Source of the DNA: an uncultured Rhodospirillaceae bacterium
GTDB lineage: Bacteria > Pseudomonadota > Alphaproteobacteria > Rhodospirillales > UBA2165
NCBI GenBank assembly: GCA_964611435.1
Contig: CAZSXT010000005.1
Coordinates: forward strand, 88,290-152,289
DNA length: 64,000 bases
Reading direction: 5' to 3'
Shown here: in pieces, positions 1 to 9,213 of the stretch
How positions within the stretch are numbered: the first letter of the stretch is position 1
How the letters are laid out: every line of letters begins with the position of its first letter
Program-made: the position numbers and the translations under genes
The notes under the pieces: generated by a model
What the model was told of the DNA's origin: nothing
The model's input: the letters and a program-made list of their open reading frames with translations, nothing else
The model's database searches: none

Positions 1-168
1 ACGGGATGGGGCACAAGATGACGGCCACGGGTGGTCTGGGACTGGTAAATATCGTCTCCTGCCCGGGGGGGGTGCCCCGTGATCCGGAAACGTGTGTCAT
101 CCGGCACGATCCTCGCGGCGCCGGGCTGAGCGCCGGTGCAACGGGCGTGGAAGTGTCGAATTGATCTC

Positions 169-1314
169 ATGCTGAAAGTCTCTCAACGGGGCCGGATTTC
201 TCCGTTTATTGTGATGGATGTCATGCGCGCGGCCAACGAACGGGCGGCAACTGGCGGCGATGTTCTCCATCTAGAGGTAGGGCAACCGAGCACGCCTGCG
301 CCTGCCGGCGTCATCGAAGCTGCGCGGGAGGCCGTCGGAACGGAGGTTCTCGGCTACACCGACGCCTTGGGGATTCCGCCGCTCCGCGACGCCATTGCCC
401 GCCATTATCGCGATGCCTATGGGTTAACTGTGCCGGTTGAACAGATCATCGTCACGACGGGGTCTTCCGGCGCGTTTCTGCTTTCTTTCCTAAGCGCCTT
501 TGACGAGGGAGATAAAGTCGGGCTCGCCGCGCCAGGCTATCCTGCCTACAAAAATATTCTCGAAGCATTGGGCTTGGACGTCATCGAGTTTCCCGTGGGG
601 CCGGACAGTCATTTTCAGCCTACCCCGGACGTTTTGGAAAGCTTGAACGTTTCTTTGGACGGGCTGATCGTTGCCAGCCCGTCAAATCCGACCGGCAGCA
701 TGATCCTGCCACCGGCCATGAAAGACCTTGCCGCCTGGTGCGACACCAACGGGGTTCGCCTGATCTCCGACGAGATTTATCACGGGATCGTCTACGGGCA
801 AGCGACAGCGTCGGCGCTGGCTTATAGCGAGAGCGCCATAGTGATCAACAGCTTCTCGAAATATTTTTCCATGACGGGCTGGCGACTCGGCTGGATGATA
901 GCGCCGCCGGAGATGCTGCGTTCCATCGAGTGCCTGACCCAGAATTTCTTTATTTCTCCGCCAACATTATCACAGGTCGCAGCGCTGGCCGTGTTTGATT
1001 GCCGCGACGAATTGGATGCGAATGTCAGACGATATGCCCAGAACAGAGAGCTCTTGCTCGCGGAACTCCCCAAGGTGGGTTTGGCCGAGTTTGCGCCCGC
1101 CGACGGCGCTTTTTACATTTACGCAGACGTCAGCCACCTGACAAATGACAGCCAGGAGTTTTGCCGAAAAGTCTTGGCGGAAACCGGCGTTGCGATCACC
1201 CCGGGGATCGATTTCGACAGGGAACGGGGGGCGGGCTATGTTCGATTCTCGTTTGCAGGCGCAACGGACGACATGGCTGAGGCCGCCGCCCGTTTAACAA
1301 CCTATCTCACGTAA
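169..1314 (+). CDS. PLP-dependent aminotransferase (class I/II, aspartate/aromatic type)
   Basis: ORF 136..1314 starts at GTG; the in-frame ATG at 169 is preferred. The translation carries SPSNPTG and the PLP-lysine motif NSFSKYFSMTGWRLGW, typical of fold-type I aminotransferases. Confidence 0.85.
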   Translation: MLKVSQRGRISPFIVMDVMRAANERAATGGDVLHLEVGQPSTPAPAGVIEAAREAVGTEVLGYTDALGIPPLRDAIARHYRDAYGLTVPVEQIIVTTGSSGAFLLSFLSAFDEGDKVGLAAPGYPAYKNILEALGLDVIEFPVGPDSHFQPTPDVLESLNVSLDGLIVASPSNPTGSMILPPAMKDLAAWCDTNGVRLISDEIYHGIVYGQATASALAYSESAIVINSFSKYFSMTGWRLGWMIAPPEMLRSIECLTQNFFISPPTLSQVAALAVFDCRDELDANVRRYAQNRELLLAELPKVGLAEFAPADGAFYIYADVSHLTNDSQEFCRKVLAETGVAITPGIDFDRERGAGYVRFSFAGATDDMAEAAARLTTYLT

Positions 1315-1316
1315 CT

Positions 1317-3716
1317 TTATTCAGCCGGCTTTTGCCACCAGCCCCGTTTGGAACTGTCTGTAGACCCTGACTCCACGACCGTAACATTGGTGGGTGTGTC
1401 GTCCGCCTTAGCGACAGGAGGTTCAGGTTCCGGCTCTTTCTCGGGCTCCGCTGGCTTTGATGTCGCCTCGGGCTCAGTCTTGGTTTCAGTCTCGGCAATT
1501 GCTTCATCCGCCGCCGGTAAGGCGTCAGATTCGCCGCCCGAGCCGTTGCTTTTTTCTGCGTCGGCGCCCGGGCTATCGTCGGCAGCCTCCGCTTTCTTGC
1601 GCCGAACCCGTCGCCGCCGCTTGGGCTTTTCTTCGGTATCACCGGCGTTATCGGTGTCGTCCGCTTTCTGGTCGCCGGTTTGATCATCCGGGATATCCGT
1701 GGCGGCGGCCTGTTCATTGGAGTTGTCGTTGGATTTATCGGAGTTGTCGTCGGATTCATCGGAGTTGTCGTCGGTGGAGGCCGCATCGGTGTTCCGATTG
1801 CGGCGTCTGCCGCCCCGGCGTCCCCGCCGGCGTGAAGGCTTCTCGTCGCCGTCACCATCGCTGTCGTCCTTTGCGGCCGTTTCATCGCCGTCATCGGATT
1901 GCGCTTCTACGGTTTCCTCGGTGTTGGAGTCGGCATTGTCCGCGTCGCGCCGTTTCCGGCCGCGCCGACGCCGCCGTTTCCGGCCACCTTCTTCATCACC
2001 GTCGCCACCGGCGTTCTTCGTGTTTTCGTCGGCCTCCTCGTCGCCTGGTGCTCCCGGCTTGGTCTCAACTCGCTCGATATTGTAGGCGGGCGGGATAAGC
2101 GTGGCGTCCTCGGAGATAACAATTTTGAGCTCAAATTTCTGTTCAATCTCGGACAGCGCCGCCCTTTTGTGATTGAGGATATACAAAGCCGCTTCCGACG
2201 GAACCGCGACATCGATCTCGTTGGCCCGGCCGCGTACGCCTTCTTCCTCAATGCCACGCAAAATGTGCAGGGCCGTTGATTCAGTGGAGCGCCGGATACC
2301 GCTGCCGCCACAATGAAGACAGACATCAGAGGTCGTTTCCGTAATGCTGGGCCGTAGCCGCTGGCGGGAAAGCTCCAGCAAACCGAAAGGGCTGATCCGG
2401 CCTATCTGAATTCGGGCGCGGTCGCGACGCATGGCCTCTTTCAGGCGCCGTTCAACGGCGGTCTGGTTACGATGAACATCCATATCAATGAAGTCGATCA
2501 CGACCAGGCCGGCCAAATCCCGCAATCGCACCTGACGGGCGATCTCGGTCGCCGCTTCCAGATTGGTCTTAAGGGCGGTCTCTTCGATGTTTCGGCCACG
2601 GGTCGCGCGCCCGGAGTTAACATCGACGGCCACCAAAGCTTCGGTCGGATTGATCACGATATAGCCGCCCGATTTGAGCTGCACTTCCTGGCCGTTCATG
2701 GATTCAAGCTGGGTTTCAATCCGGTACCGGGTAAACAAGGGGACCGTGTCGTCCTTATACGGCTGTACCTTCTTGGCATGACTGGGCACCAGAACCTTCA
2801 TCAGGTCCTTGGCCATGCGGTAACCTTCATCACCTTCGACAAAGATTTCACTGACATCCTTGCTGTAGGTGTCCCGGAGCGCCCGCTTTATGATGTTGGC
2901 TTCCTCATGGATGAGGGCGGGCGCCGTGGATTCCAGCGTCAGATTTCGAATATCCGTCCAGAGCCGGATCAAATACTCGAAGTCCCGTTTGATTTCAGCT
3001 TTGCCGCGATCAGCGCCGGCGGTGCGGACAATGACCGCCATGCCGTCCGGGATGGTCAGATCAGAGACGACCGACTTCAGGCGTTTCCGGTCGGCGCCGC
3101 TACCGATTTTACGGGAAATGCCGCCGCCCTTGCCGGTGTTCGGCATGAGCACGCAATACCGGCCGGCCAGCGACAAATAGGTGGTCAGAGCCGCGCCCTT
3201 GTTGCCGCGTTCTTCCTTGACCACCTGCACCAGCAAAATTTGGCGGCGTTTGATGACTTCCTGGATTTTGTACCGGCGGACCGGTTTTTTACGGCGGTGG
3301 GTTTCCACTTCGTCGATGTCGTCACCGCCGACTGTTTCCACGGCCTTTTGGTTGCCGTCTTCGCCTTCCGGGGCCTCTTCGTCCCCATCGACTTCGGCCT
3401 CTTCCTCTTCGGCTTCGGCCTTTTGCGCCTCTTCGTCCTCGGCGATCAGCTGTTCCCGATCAGCGACCGGGATTTGATAATAGTCCGGATGAATTTCGCT
3501 AAAGGCCAGGAATCCGTGGCGATTACCGCCATAGTCCACGAACGCCGCTTGCAGCGACGGTTCCACACGCGTGACCTTAGCGAGATAAATATTGCCTTTT
3601 AGCTGCCGGCGGGCAGATGATTCGACGTCAAACTCTTCGAGTTGATTTCCATCCATGACGGCGACCCGGGTTTCCTCCGGGTGGGCCGCATCGATTAACA
3701 TTTTCTTGTTTGCCAT
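1317..3716 (-). CDS. rne: ribonuclease E
   Basis: 799-aa ORF. The N-terminal S1/catalytic half has GNIYLAKVTRVEPSLQAAFVDYG, DVNSG and the Zn-link CLHCGGSG. The C-terminal half alternates Arg-rich patches (RKRRRRRGRKRR, RRRGRRGGRRRNR, KRRRRVRRKK) with acidic low-complexity segments, as in RNase E scaffold domains. Confidence 0.95.
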   Translation of the reverse strand: MANKKMLIDAAHPEETRVAVMDGNQLEEFDVESSARRQLKGNIYLAKVTRVEPSLQAAFVDYGGNRHGFLAFSEIHPDYYQIPVADREQLIAEDEEAQKAEAEEEEAEVDGDEEAPEGEDGNQKAVETVGGDDIDEVETHRRKKPVRRYKIQEVIKRRQILLVQVVKEERGNKGAALTTYLSLAGRYCVLMPNTGKGGGISRKIGSGADRKRLKSVVSDLTIPDGMAVIVRTAGADRGKAEIKRDFEYLIRLWTDIRNLTLESTAPALIHEEANIIKRALRDTYSKDVSEIFVEGDEGYRMAKDLMKVLVPSHAKKVQPYKDDTVPLFTRYRIETQLESMNGQEVQLKSGGYIVINPTEALVAVDVNSGRATRGRNIEETALKTNLEAATEIARQVRLRDLAGLVVIDFIDMDVHRNQTAVERRLKEAMRRDRARIQIGRISPFGLLELSRQRLRPSITETTSDVCLHCGGSGIRRSTESTALHILRGIEEEGVRGRANEIDVAVPSEAALYILNHKRAALSEIEQKFELKIVISEDATLIPPAYNIERVETKPGAPGDEEADENTKNAGGDGDEEGGRKRRRRRGRKRRDADNADSNTEETVEAQSDDGDETAAKDDSDGDGDEKPSRRRGRRGGRRRNRNTDAASTDDNSDESDDNSDKSNDNSNEQAAATDIPDDQTGDQKADDTDNAGDTEEKPKRRRRVRRKKAEAADDSPGADAEKSNGSGGESDALPAADEAIAETETKTEPEATSKPAEPEKEPEPEPPVAKADDTPTNVTVVESGSTDSSKRGWWQKPAE
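1719..1781. repeat. three tandem 21-bp units inside the rne 3' half (encode DDNSDES / DDNSDKS / NDNSNEQ)
   Basis: The + strand reads ggagttgtcgttggatttatc, ggagttgtcgtcggattcatc, ggagttgtcgtcggtggaggc. The unit length is a multiple of 3, so the repeat is in frame. Confidence 0.8.
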
Positions 3717-4154
3717 TGAATTTTAAACTCCTGGACGCGCTCGCTCCCGCTTTATTGAGCATGGAACGGCGGGTCATTGTGGCGGTAAAACCGATGGCGC
3801 CATCGAACCCAGAGGGCGCGCCGGCAAAAATCCCCTCGAAAGCTTCGAGTGAATTCAGGCGTGCTTCTGTTCGGGCTGCAGTCATCGGCTGTTGTTCAAT
3901 TTGATACGAAATAAACTTATCATTAATTGTGGACCCCGGATCAAATACTCAACCAACGATCACAATTATGAGGAATTATCCTCGCGTGATGCCACAGTTT
4001 GAGCACCTGTGCGGTTTCACGGTCCGCGATTAACATAACGGTAGGTTTTTCATTCGACAATCACAATTAGTCTGTATGCGGAATTAAGTGGTTGGAGGCG
4101 TCAGCCGCGCCTGCGTTTATCTAGTTGATCGCAGGGGAGGACTGACGCTATATC
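3717..4154 (-). promoter_or_regulatory. rne promoter plus probable long structured 5' leader (interval shared with the divergent amidase promoter)
   Basis: 438-bp gene-free interval upstream of rne that looks AT-richer than its surroundings. ATCACAATTA occurs twice (3959..3968, 4060..4069) and the inverted TAATTGTG once (3924..3931). Long autoregulatory rne leaders are established in E. coli; extending that to this taxon is inference. Confidence 0.35.
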
Positions 4155-5444
4155 TTGTTGATCTTGGTGAAATTGGGCTCATCTAAACGGAATTGGGAGA
4201 AGGTCCGCCGAGCCGGCGCCGGGGCCCTATTTCTGCTATTGGGCCTGTGCGTTTGGAACCCATTGTCGCTTGGCGCGGCGCAGGCCGCTGATATTGCGGC
4301 AACTGAAATCCGCCTCGGCGATCATCGGACCAAGACCCGGTTTGTGCTCGATCTCTCCGACAAGGTTGATTTCAATATTTTTACGTTGGTGGATCCCTAT
4401 CGGGTGGTTATTGACCTGCCGGATATCAGATGGCGGGTGTCCAAAAAGAGCAGCCGGCGCAAGACCGGGTTAATTTCGGGCCTCCGCTACGGTAATTTTC
4501 GTCCGGGCCGTTCGCGAGTCGTGCTGGATACGGCGAAGCCGGCGAAAGTCTCAAAAGCGTTTCTTCTTCCGCCGGCCGAGGGCAAGCGTTATCGTCTTGT
4601 GATCGATTTGGTCGGGACTGACAGGGCGGGCATGCTGGCGGGCGCATCGGCGGCGCAATCCGCAGAACCGGCAGCACAACAGGAGGCCAGCGCCGGCAAT
4701 GGCTTTCAGGTAGACCCACCAGGCCGGAAACCCAAAAAGGACCGTCAGGCCCGCAAAGTTGTGGTGATTGATCCGGGGCACGGCGGCGTCGATCCCGGCG
4801 CTACCAGCAGGAGCGGCATCTTCGAAAAAAAGATCACCTTGGCCATCGCGAAGAAAATGAAGCAGCACTTGGATAGCCTTAACCGGTATACGGTGTATCT
4901 GACTCGCTCCAGCGACAAGTTTATCCGGCTTCGCGACCGCATTGCCATCGCCCGCGCCAAGGGCGCTGATCTGTTCATTTCGCTGCATGCCGACGCGATA
5001 GAGAGCCGAAAAGTCAGTGGCATGTCGGTCTATACGCTGTCGGAGCGGGCTTCCGATAAGGAAGCCGAAGCCCTGGCGGAGAAGGAGAACAAAGCCGATC
5101 TGATCGCCGGCATGGACCTCAATGATAACCCGCCCGAGGTGGCCAACATTCTGATTGATTTGGCGCAACGGGAAAGTATGAACGAATCTTCCAAGTTTGC
5201 CGGTGATCTGGTGAACGAGCTACGCAAGGTCACCAAGCTTTTACGCCGGACCCACCGGTTTGCCGGCTTTGCGGTGCTCAAGGCGCCGGATGTGCCGTCT
5301 GTTCTTGTCGAGTTGGGCTTCCTGTCCAACCCAAAGGACGAAAAGGCGCTGAGGAGCCCTCGGCACCAAGCGCGCTTGGCTGCGGCTTTGGGAAAAGCCA
5401 TCGACACGTATTTCGAGCGGGTCGAACAAGCCAACCGATATTGA
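4155..5444 (+). CDS. N-acetylmuramoyl-L-alanine amidase with N-terminal AMIN-type domain (AmiC/AmiB-like)
   Basis: 429-aa ORF. It has a signal-like segment (RRAGAGALFLLLGLCVWNPLSLGAAQA), an AMIN-like region (TRFVLDLS...VVIDLPD), and Amidase_3 motifs VVIDPGHGGVDPGA and ISLHAD. The start is uncertain (TTG 4155, TTG 4164 or GTG 4167). Confidence 0.85.
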   Translation: MLILVKLGSSKRNWEKVRRAGAGALFLLLGLCVWNPLSLGAAQAADIAATEIRLGDHRTKTRFVLDLSDKVDFNIFTLVDPYRVVIDLPDIRWRVSKKSSRRKTGLISGLRYGNFRPGRSRVVLDTAKPAKVSKAFLLPPAEGKRYRLVIDLVGTDRAGMLAGASAAQSAEPAAQQEASAGNGFQVDPPGRKPKKDRQARKVVVIDPGHGGVDPGATSRSGIFEKKITLAIAKKMKQHLDSLNRYTVYLTRSSDKFIRLRDRIAIARAKGADLFISLHADAIESRKVSGMSVYTLSERASDKEAEALAEKENKADLIAGMDLNDNPPEVANILIDLAQRESMNESSKFAGDLVNELRKVTKLLRRTHRFAGFAVLKAPDVPSVLVELGFLSNPKDEKALRSPRHQARLAAALGKAIDTYFERVEQANRY

Positions 5445-5566
5445 TTCCATCTTCCGGGGATGATTTAACATCCCGGCTGGTGGGCTTGGTTGTCATAAAC
5501 GCGCCACATTCCACATTTACTTGATGACCGAGGAGACCGGTACAACTCAAACCGGCGATTGGCGGC

Positions 5567-7990
5567 ATGCTGCGCACATTTGTCATTTTGATAAGCCTCT
5601 TATTCCTGGCGCTGGTCGGCGCAGCGGGCGGGGGACTCTATATCTTTTATCAATATGGCCGGGGCCTGCCAGACTATTCACAGCTCGCGGATTACGAGCC
5701 GCCGGTGATGACCAGAGTGCACACCGGTGACGGCAACTTGCTGGTGGAATACGCGACCCAAAAGCGGGTGTTCGTGCCGGGTGCGGCCATGCCGCGGATG
5801 GTGAAGCAGGCTTTCTTATCGGCGGAAGATAAGAATTTTTATTACCATCCGGGCATCGATCCCATGGGCATCGCCCGCGCGGTGCTGACCAATATCAAGA
5901 ACGTGGCGCAGGGGCGGAGGCTGGTGGGTGCGTCGACCATCACTCAGCAGGTGGCGAAAAACTTCCTTTTGACGGCTGATGTCACGTTCGAGCGTAAGAT
6001 TAAGGAAGCGATCCTGGCTTTCCGGATCGAACGGGCCTTGCCCAAGGATCGTATTCTGGAATTGTATCTGAACGAGATTTATCTCGGGTTTGGCTCCTAC
6101 GGTGTTGCGGCGGCGGCCTTGAACTATTTTAACAAGTCGCTCGATCAACTGACCGTCGCAGAGGCGGCATATCTCGCGGCGCTGCCCAAGGCGCCCAACA
6201 ACTATAATCCGTTTAAAAAGCCTAAAGCCGCGCGTGGACGACGGGATTGGGTGATCGGTCGGATGCTGGAAGACGGCGTGATTTCCAAAGAAGATGCGGA
6301 TCACGCGAGATCCCAGCCATTGCTGACCCGGAAACGGGAAGAAACAGAATTTGTCCAAGCGCAGTTTTTTGCCGAGGAAGTGCGCCGCGAGCTCGTGGAC
6401 CGATATGGCGAAGGCCCGTTATACAAAGGCGGCCTATCGGTCCGGACCACTTTGAACACGGACTTTCAGTCTTACGCGGTCGAGGCCCTAAGGAACGGGA
6501 TTCGCGCCTATGATCGCCGACACGGCTGGCGCGGGCCGATCGCCAATGTGGACGTCAAACTGGGTTGGATCCACCAGTTGCGCGGCGTTGAACCGCCCAA
6601 GGGCTTGCACGGATGGAAACTCGCTGTGGTCCGTGCGTTGGGGCCGGGGCGTGCCGACATTGGCATCGAAGATGGCGGCGTGGGTACGATCCCGCTTGCC
6701 GAGATGCGCTGGGCGCGCAAATGGCTCAAGGGTGAACATTTGGGCCCAAGCGTGAAGAGCCCGGCCGATGTGTTGAAAGTCGGTGACGTCATCGCCGTAG
6801 AGAAAATAGAGAAGGACGCCAAAGGTGCGGCTTATCCCGCCAACAGCTATGCACTCAGGCAAATTCCAGAGATCGAAGGCGCGTTCGTCGCCATGGACCC
6901 CCATACGGGGCGGGTTCTCGCTATGATCGGCGGATACTCCCACGAAAAAAGCCAGTTCAATCGGGCTGTCCAGGCGCGCCGGCAACCGGGCTCCGCTTTT
7001 AAGCCATTTGTTTATCTGGCGGCCCTCGACAAGGGATTTACCCCGTCCACGCTGATCTTGGATGCGCCGTTTGTGATTGATCAGGGGCCGGGCCTGCCGA
7101 AATGGCGACCGGCCAACTATACGAAAAAGTTTTACGGGCCCAGCACCATGCGGCTTGGGATCGAAAAATCCAGAAACCTGATGACCGTCCGGCTGGCTCA
7201 GACCATCGGCATGGACGCCATTTCGGCCTATGCCAAACGGTTCGGTATCGTCGACGAAATGCCCAAGCAACTGGCCATGTCCCTGGGCGCCGGCGAAACG
7301 ACGCTGCTACGTTTGACCGCTGCCTACGCTATGCTGGTGAATGGCGGGCGGCGGATTAAGCCGACATTGGTGGACCGGATTCAGGACCGTCACGGCAAAA
7401 CCATTTTCAAACATGACAACCGTATCTGCCCGAAATGCCAGGCCGATCATTGGGTCAACCAGATTGTGCCCCAGATTCCGGAAACCCGTGAAACGGTGAC
7501 AACTGCTTCGAGCGCCTTTCAGATGGTGTCCATGCTGGAAGGGGTCGTGGAACGGGGCACGGGACGCCGCATCAAGGCCATCGGCAAGCCGTTGGCCGGT
7601 AAGACGGGCACGACGAATGACGCGGTCGATACCTGGTTCATGGGCTTTTCACCTGACATTGCCGCGGGAGTGTTCGTCGGCTTTGACCAGCCGCGGTCGC
7701 TCGGTAAATTAGAACAAGGCGCCAGCGCCGCCGCGCCGATTTTTAAGGAGTTCATGGAAAAGGCATTGTCGGATAAGCCGGCTATTCCGTTCCGGATTCC
7801 GCCGAAAATCCGCCTTGTCAGAGTGAACAGTGAAAACGGCCGTCCGGCACAGCCTGGTGATCGGGGGGTGATCCTGGAGGCGTTTAAGCCCGGCACTGTG
7901 CCGGTGGGCAAACAGGAAGTGCTCAGCGGTATTGGCGTTTCCGAAGCTTCGGCCCCGGCGCCGACACAAGGCACCGGCGGGCTGTACTAG
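5567..7990 (+). CDS. mrcA: penicillin-binding protein 1A (bifunctional glycosyltransferase/transpeptidase)
   Basis: 807-aa ORF with an N-terminal TM helix. It carries the GT51 motifs EDKNFYYHPGIDP and RKIKEA, and the transpeptidase motifs SAFK (SxxK), SRN and KTGTT. Confidence 0.93.
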   Translation: MLRTFVILISLLFLALVGAAGGGLYIFYQYGRGLPDYSQLADYEPPVMTRVHTGDGNLLVEYATQKRVFVPGAAMPRMVKQAFLSAEDKNFYYHPGIDPMGIARAVLTNIKNVAQGRRLVGASTITQQVAKNFLLTADVTFERKIKEAILAFRIERALPKDRILELYLNEIYLGFGSYGVAAAALNYFNKSLDQLTVAEAAYLAALPKAPNNYNPFKKPKAARGRRDWVIGRMLEDGVISKEDADHARSQPLLTRKREETEFVQAQFFAEEVRRELVDRYGEGPLYKGGLSVRTTLNTDFQSYAVEALRNGIRAYDRRHGWRGPIANVDVKLGWIHQLRGVEPPKGLHGWKLAVVRALGPGRADIGIEDGGVGTIPLAEMRWARKWLKGEHLGPSVKSPADVLKVGDVIAVEKIEKDAKGAAYPANSYALRQIPEIEGAFVAMDPHTGRVLAMIGGYSHEKSQFNRAVQARRQPGSAFKPFVYLAALDKGFTPSTLILDAPFVIDQGPGLPKWRPANYTKKFYGPSTMRLGIEKSRNLMTVRLAQTIGMDAISAYAKRFGIVDEMPKQLAMSLGAGETTLLRLTAAYAMLVNGGRRIKPTLVDRIQDRHGKTIFKHDNRICPKCQADHWVNQIVPQIPETRETVTTASSAFQMVSMLEGVVERGTGRRIKAIGKPLAGKTGTTNDAVDTWFMGFSPDIAAGVFVGFDQPRSLGKLEQGASAAAPIFKEFMEKALSDKPAIPFRIPPKIRLVRVNSENGRPAQPGDRGVILEAFKPGTVPVGKQEVLSGIGVSEASAPAPTQGTGGLY

Positions 7991-8093
7991 GGGCCGAACC
8001 TTAAGCCCTCTTGCTCACGACCGGCGAACCGCTTAGAACCCGAACAACGTTTTCATTACGAGTTTTCTCACCTTCTTCGGGAGTTGTCCCAGC

Positions 8094-9213
8094 ATGCGCG
8101 CCGAAATCGAATCTCAAGTCGCCGAGATCAAGCAGTCGCTTGAACTGCTGAGGAGGCGCCTTTGACTATGACGCTGCTGTCAGGAAGCTGGACGAGCTAA
8201 ACTCGCTCGCCGAAGATCCCAAACTTTGGGATGATCCGGATCGCGCGCAGAAAGTGATGCGCGAACGCACCCGGCTGGAATCCGGCATTCAATCGGTCGA
8301 TGAGATCGCGCGCGACCTTGAAGACAATGTGGAGCTGATTGAGCTTGGCGAGGCTGAGGGCGATGGCGACGTCGTCACCGAGGCGGAAACCGCGCTCGGT
8401 AATTTGGCGGGCAAAGTCGATAAAGCCCGCATCCGGGCGCTGCTGTCCGGCGAGGCTGACGGTAATGACTGTTATCTCGAAATCCATGCCGGCGCCGGTG
8501 GCACGGAGGCCCAGGATTGGGCGCAAATGCTCCAGCGTATGTACACAAGGTGGGCCGAGAAACGGGGCTATAAGCTGGAGTGGCTGGAAGAAAGCCTGGG
8601 CGAAGAAGCCGGGATCAAATCCAGCGTGGTCCTCATCAAGGGTGACGAGTCCTACGGCTGGCTGAAAACCGAAAGTGGTGTACACCGGCTAGTGCGGATT
8701 TCGCCCTATGACGCTAGCGCCCGCCGGCACACAAGCTTTGCCTCGGTCTGGGTCTATCCGGTAATCGATGACAATATCGAAGTGGAGATTGAGGAAAAGG
8801 ATATCCGGGTTGATACTTACCGGGCCTCGGGCGCCGGTGGCCAGCATGTGAACAAGACGGATTCGGCCGTCCGGATTACGCATATTCCAACCGGGATTGT
8901 TGTCCAATGCCAGAATGACCGGTCACAACACCGCAATCGGGCGGCGGCCTATTCCATGTTACGCGCCCGTCTCTACGAGGCCGAACTGCAAAAGCGGGAG
9001 GAAGAAGCTCAGGCCGAGCACGACGCCAAAACCGATATCGGCTGGGGGCACCAAATCCGGTCCTATGTGCTGCAGCCTTATCAAATGGTGAAGGACCTGC
9101 GCACCAACGTGGAAACATCGAACACCCAAGGGGTGTTGGACGGCGATCTGGATGACTTCATGGCCGCCGCCCTGGCGTCCCGGATCGAGGGTTCCGTCAC
9201 CGAGGAAGGTTAG
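8094..9213 (+). CDS. prfB: peptide chain release factor 2, expressed through a programmed +1 frameshift
   Basis: Frame 0 from ATG 8094 encodes [23 protein letters not shown] and then reaches TGA at 8163. The +1 frame continues [36 protein letters not shown] into ORF 8254..9213. The GGQHVN motif is present. Confidence 0.93.
8151..8166 (+). other. RF2 recoding site: AGGAGG-CGC-CTT-TGA-C
   Basis: An internal Shine-Dalgarno-like AGGAGG (8151..8156) lies 3 nt before the slippery CTT (8160..8162), which is followed by the in-frame TGA C (8163..8166). This is the same architecture as the established prfB autoregulatory frameshift. Confidence 0.9.

Noticed and set aside
1307-2326. Cluster of overlapping ORFs on both strands (195, 213, 128, 126, 139 and 111 aa) at the rne 3' end.
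   Set aside because: They are frame artefacts of the low-complexity, repeat-rich RNase E C-terminal region. Their products are Pro/Arg/Ser homopolymer-like, and the rne frame is continuous through the region.
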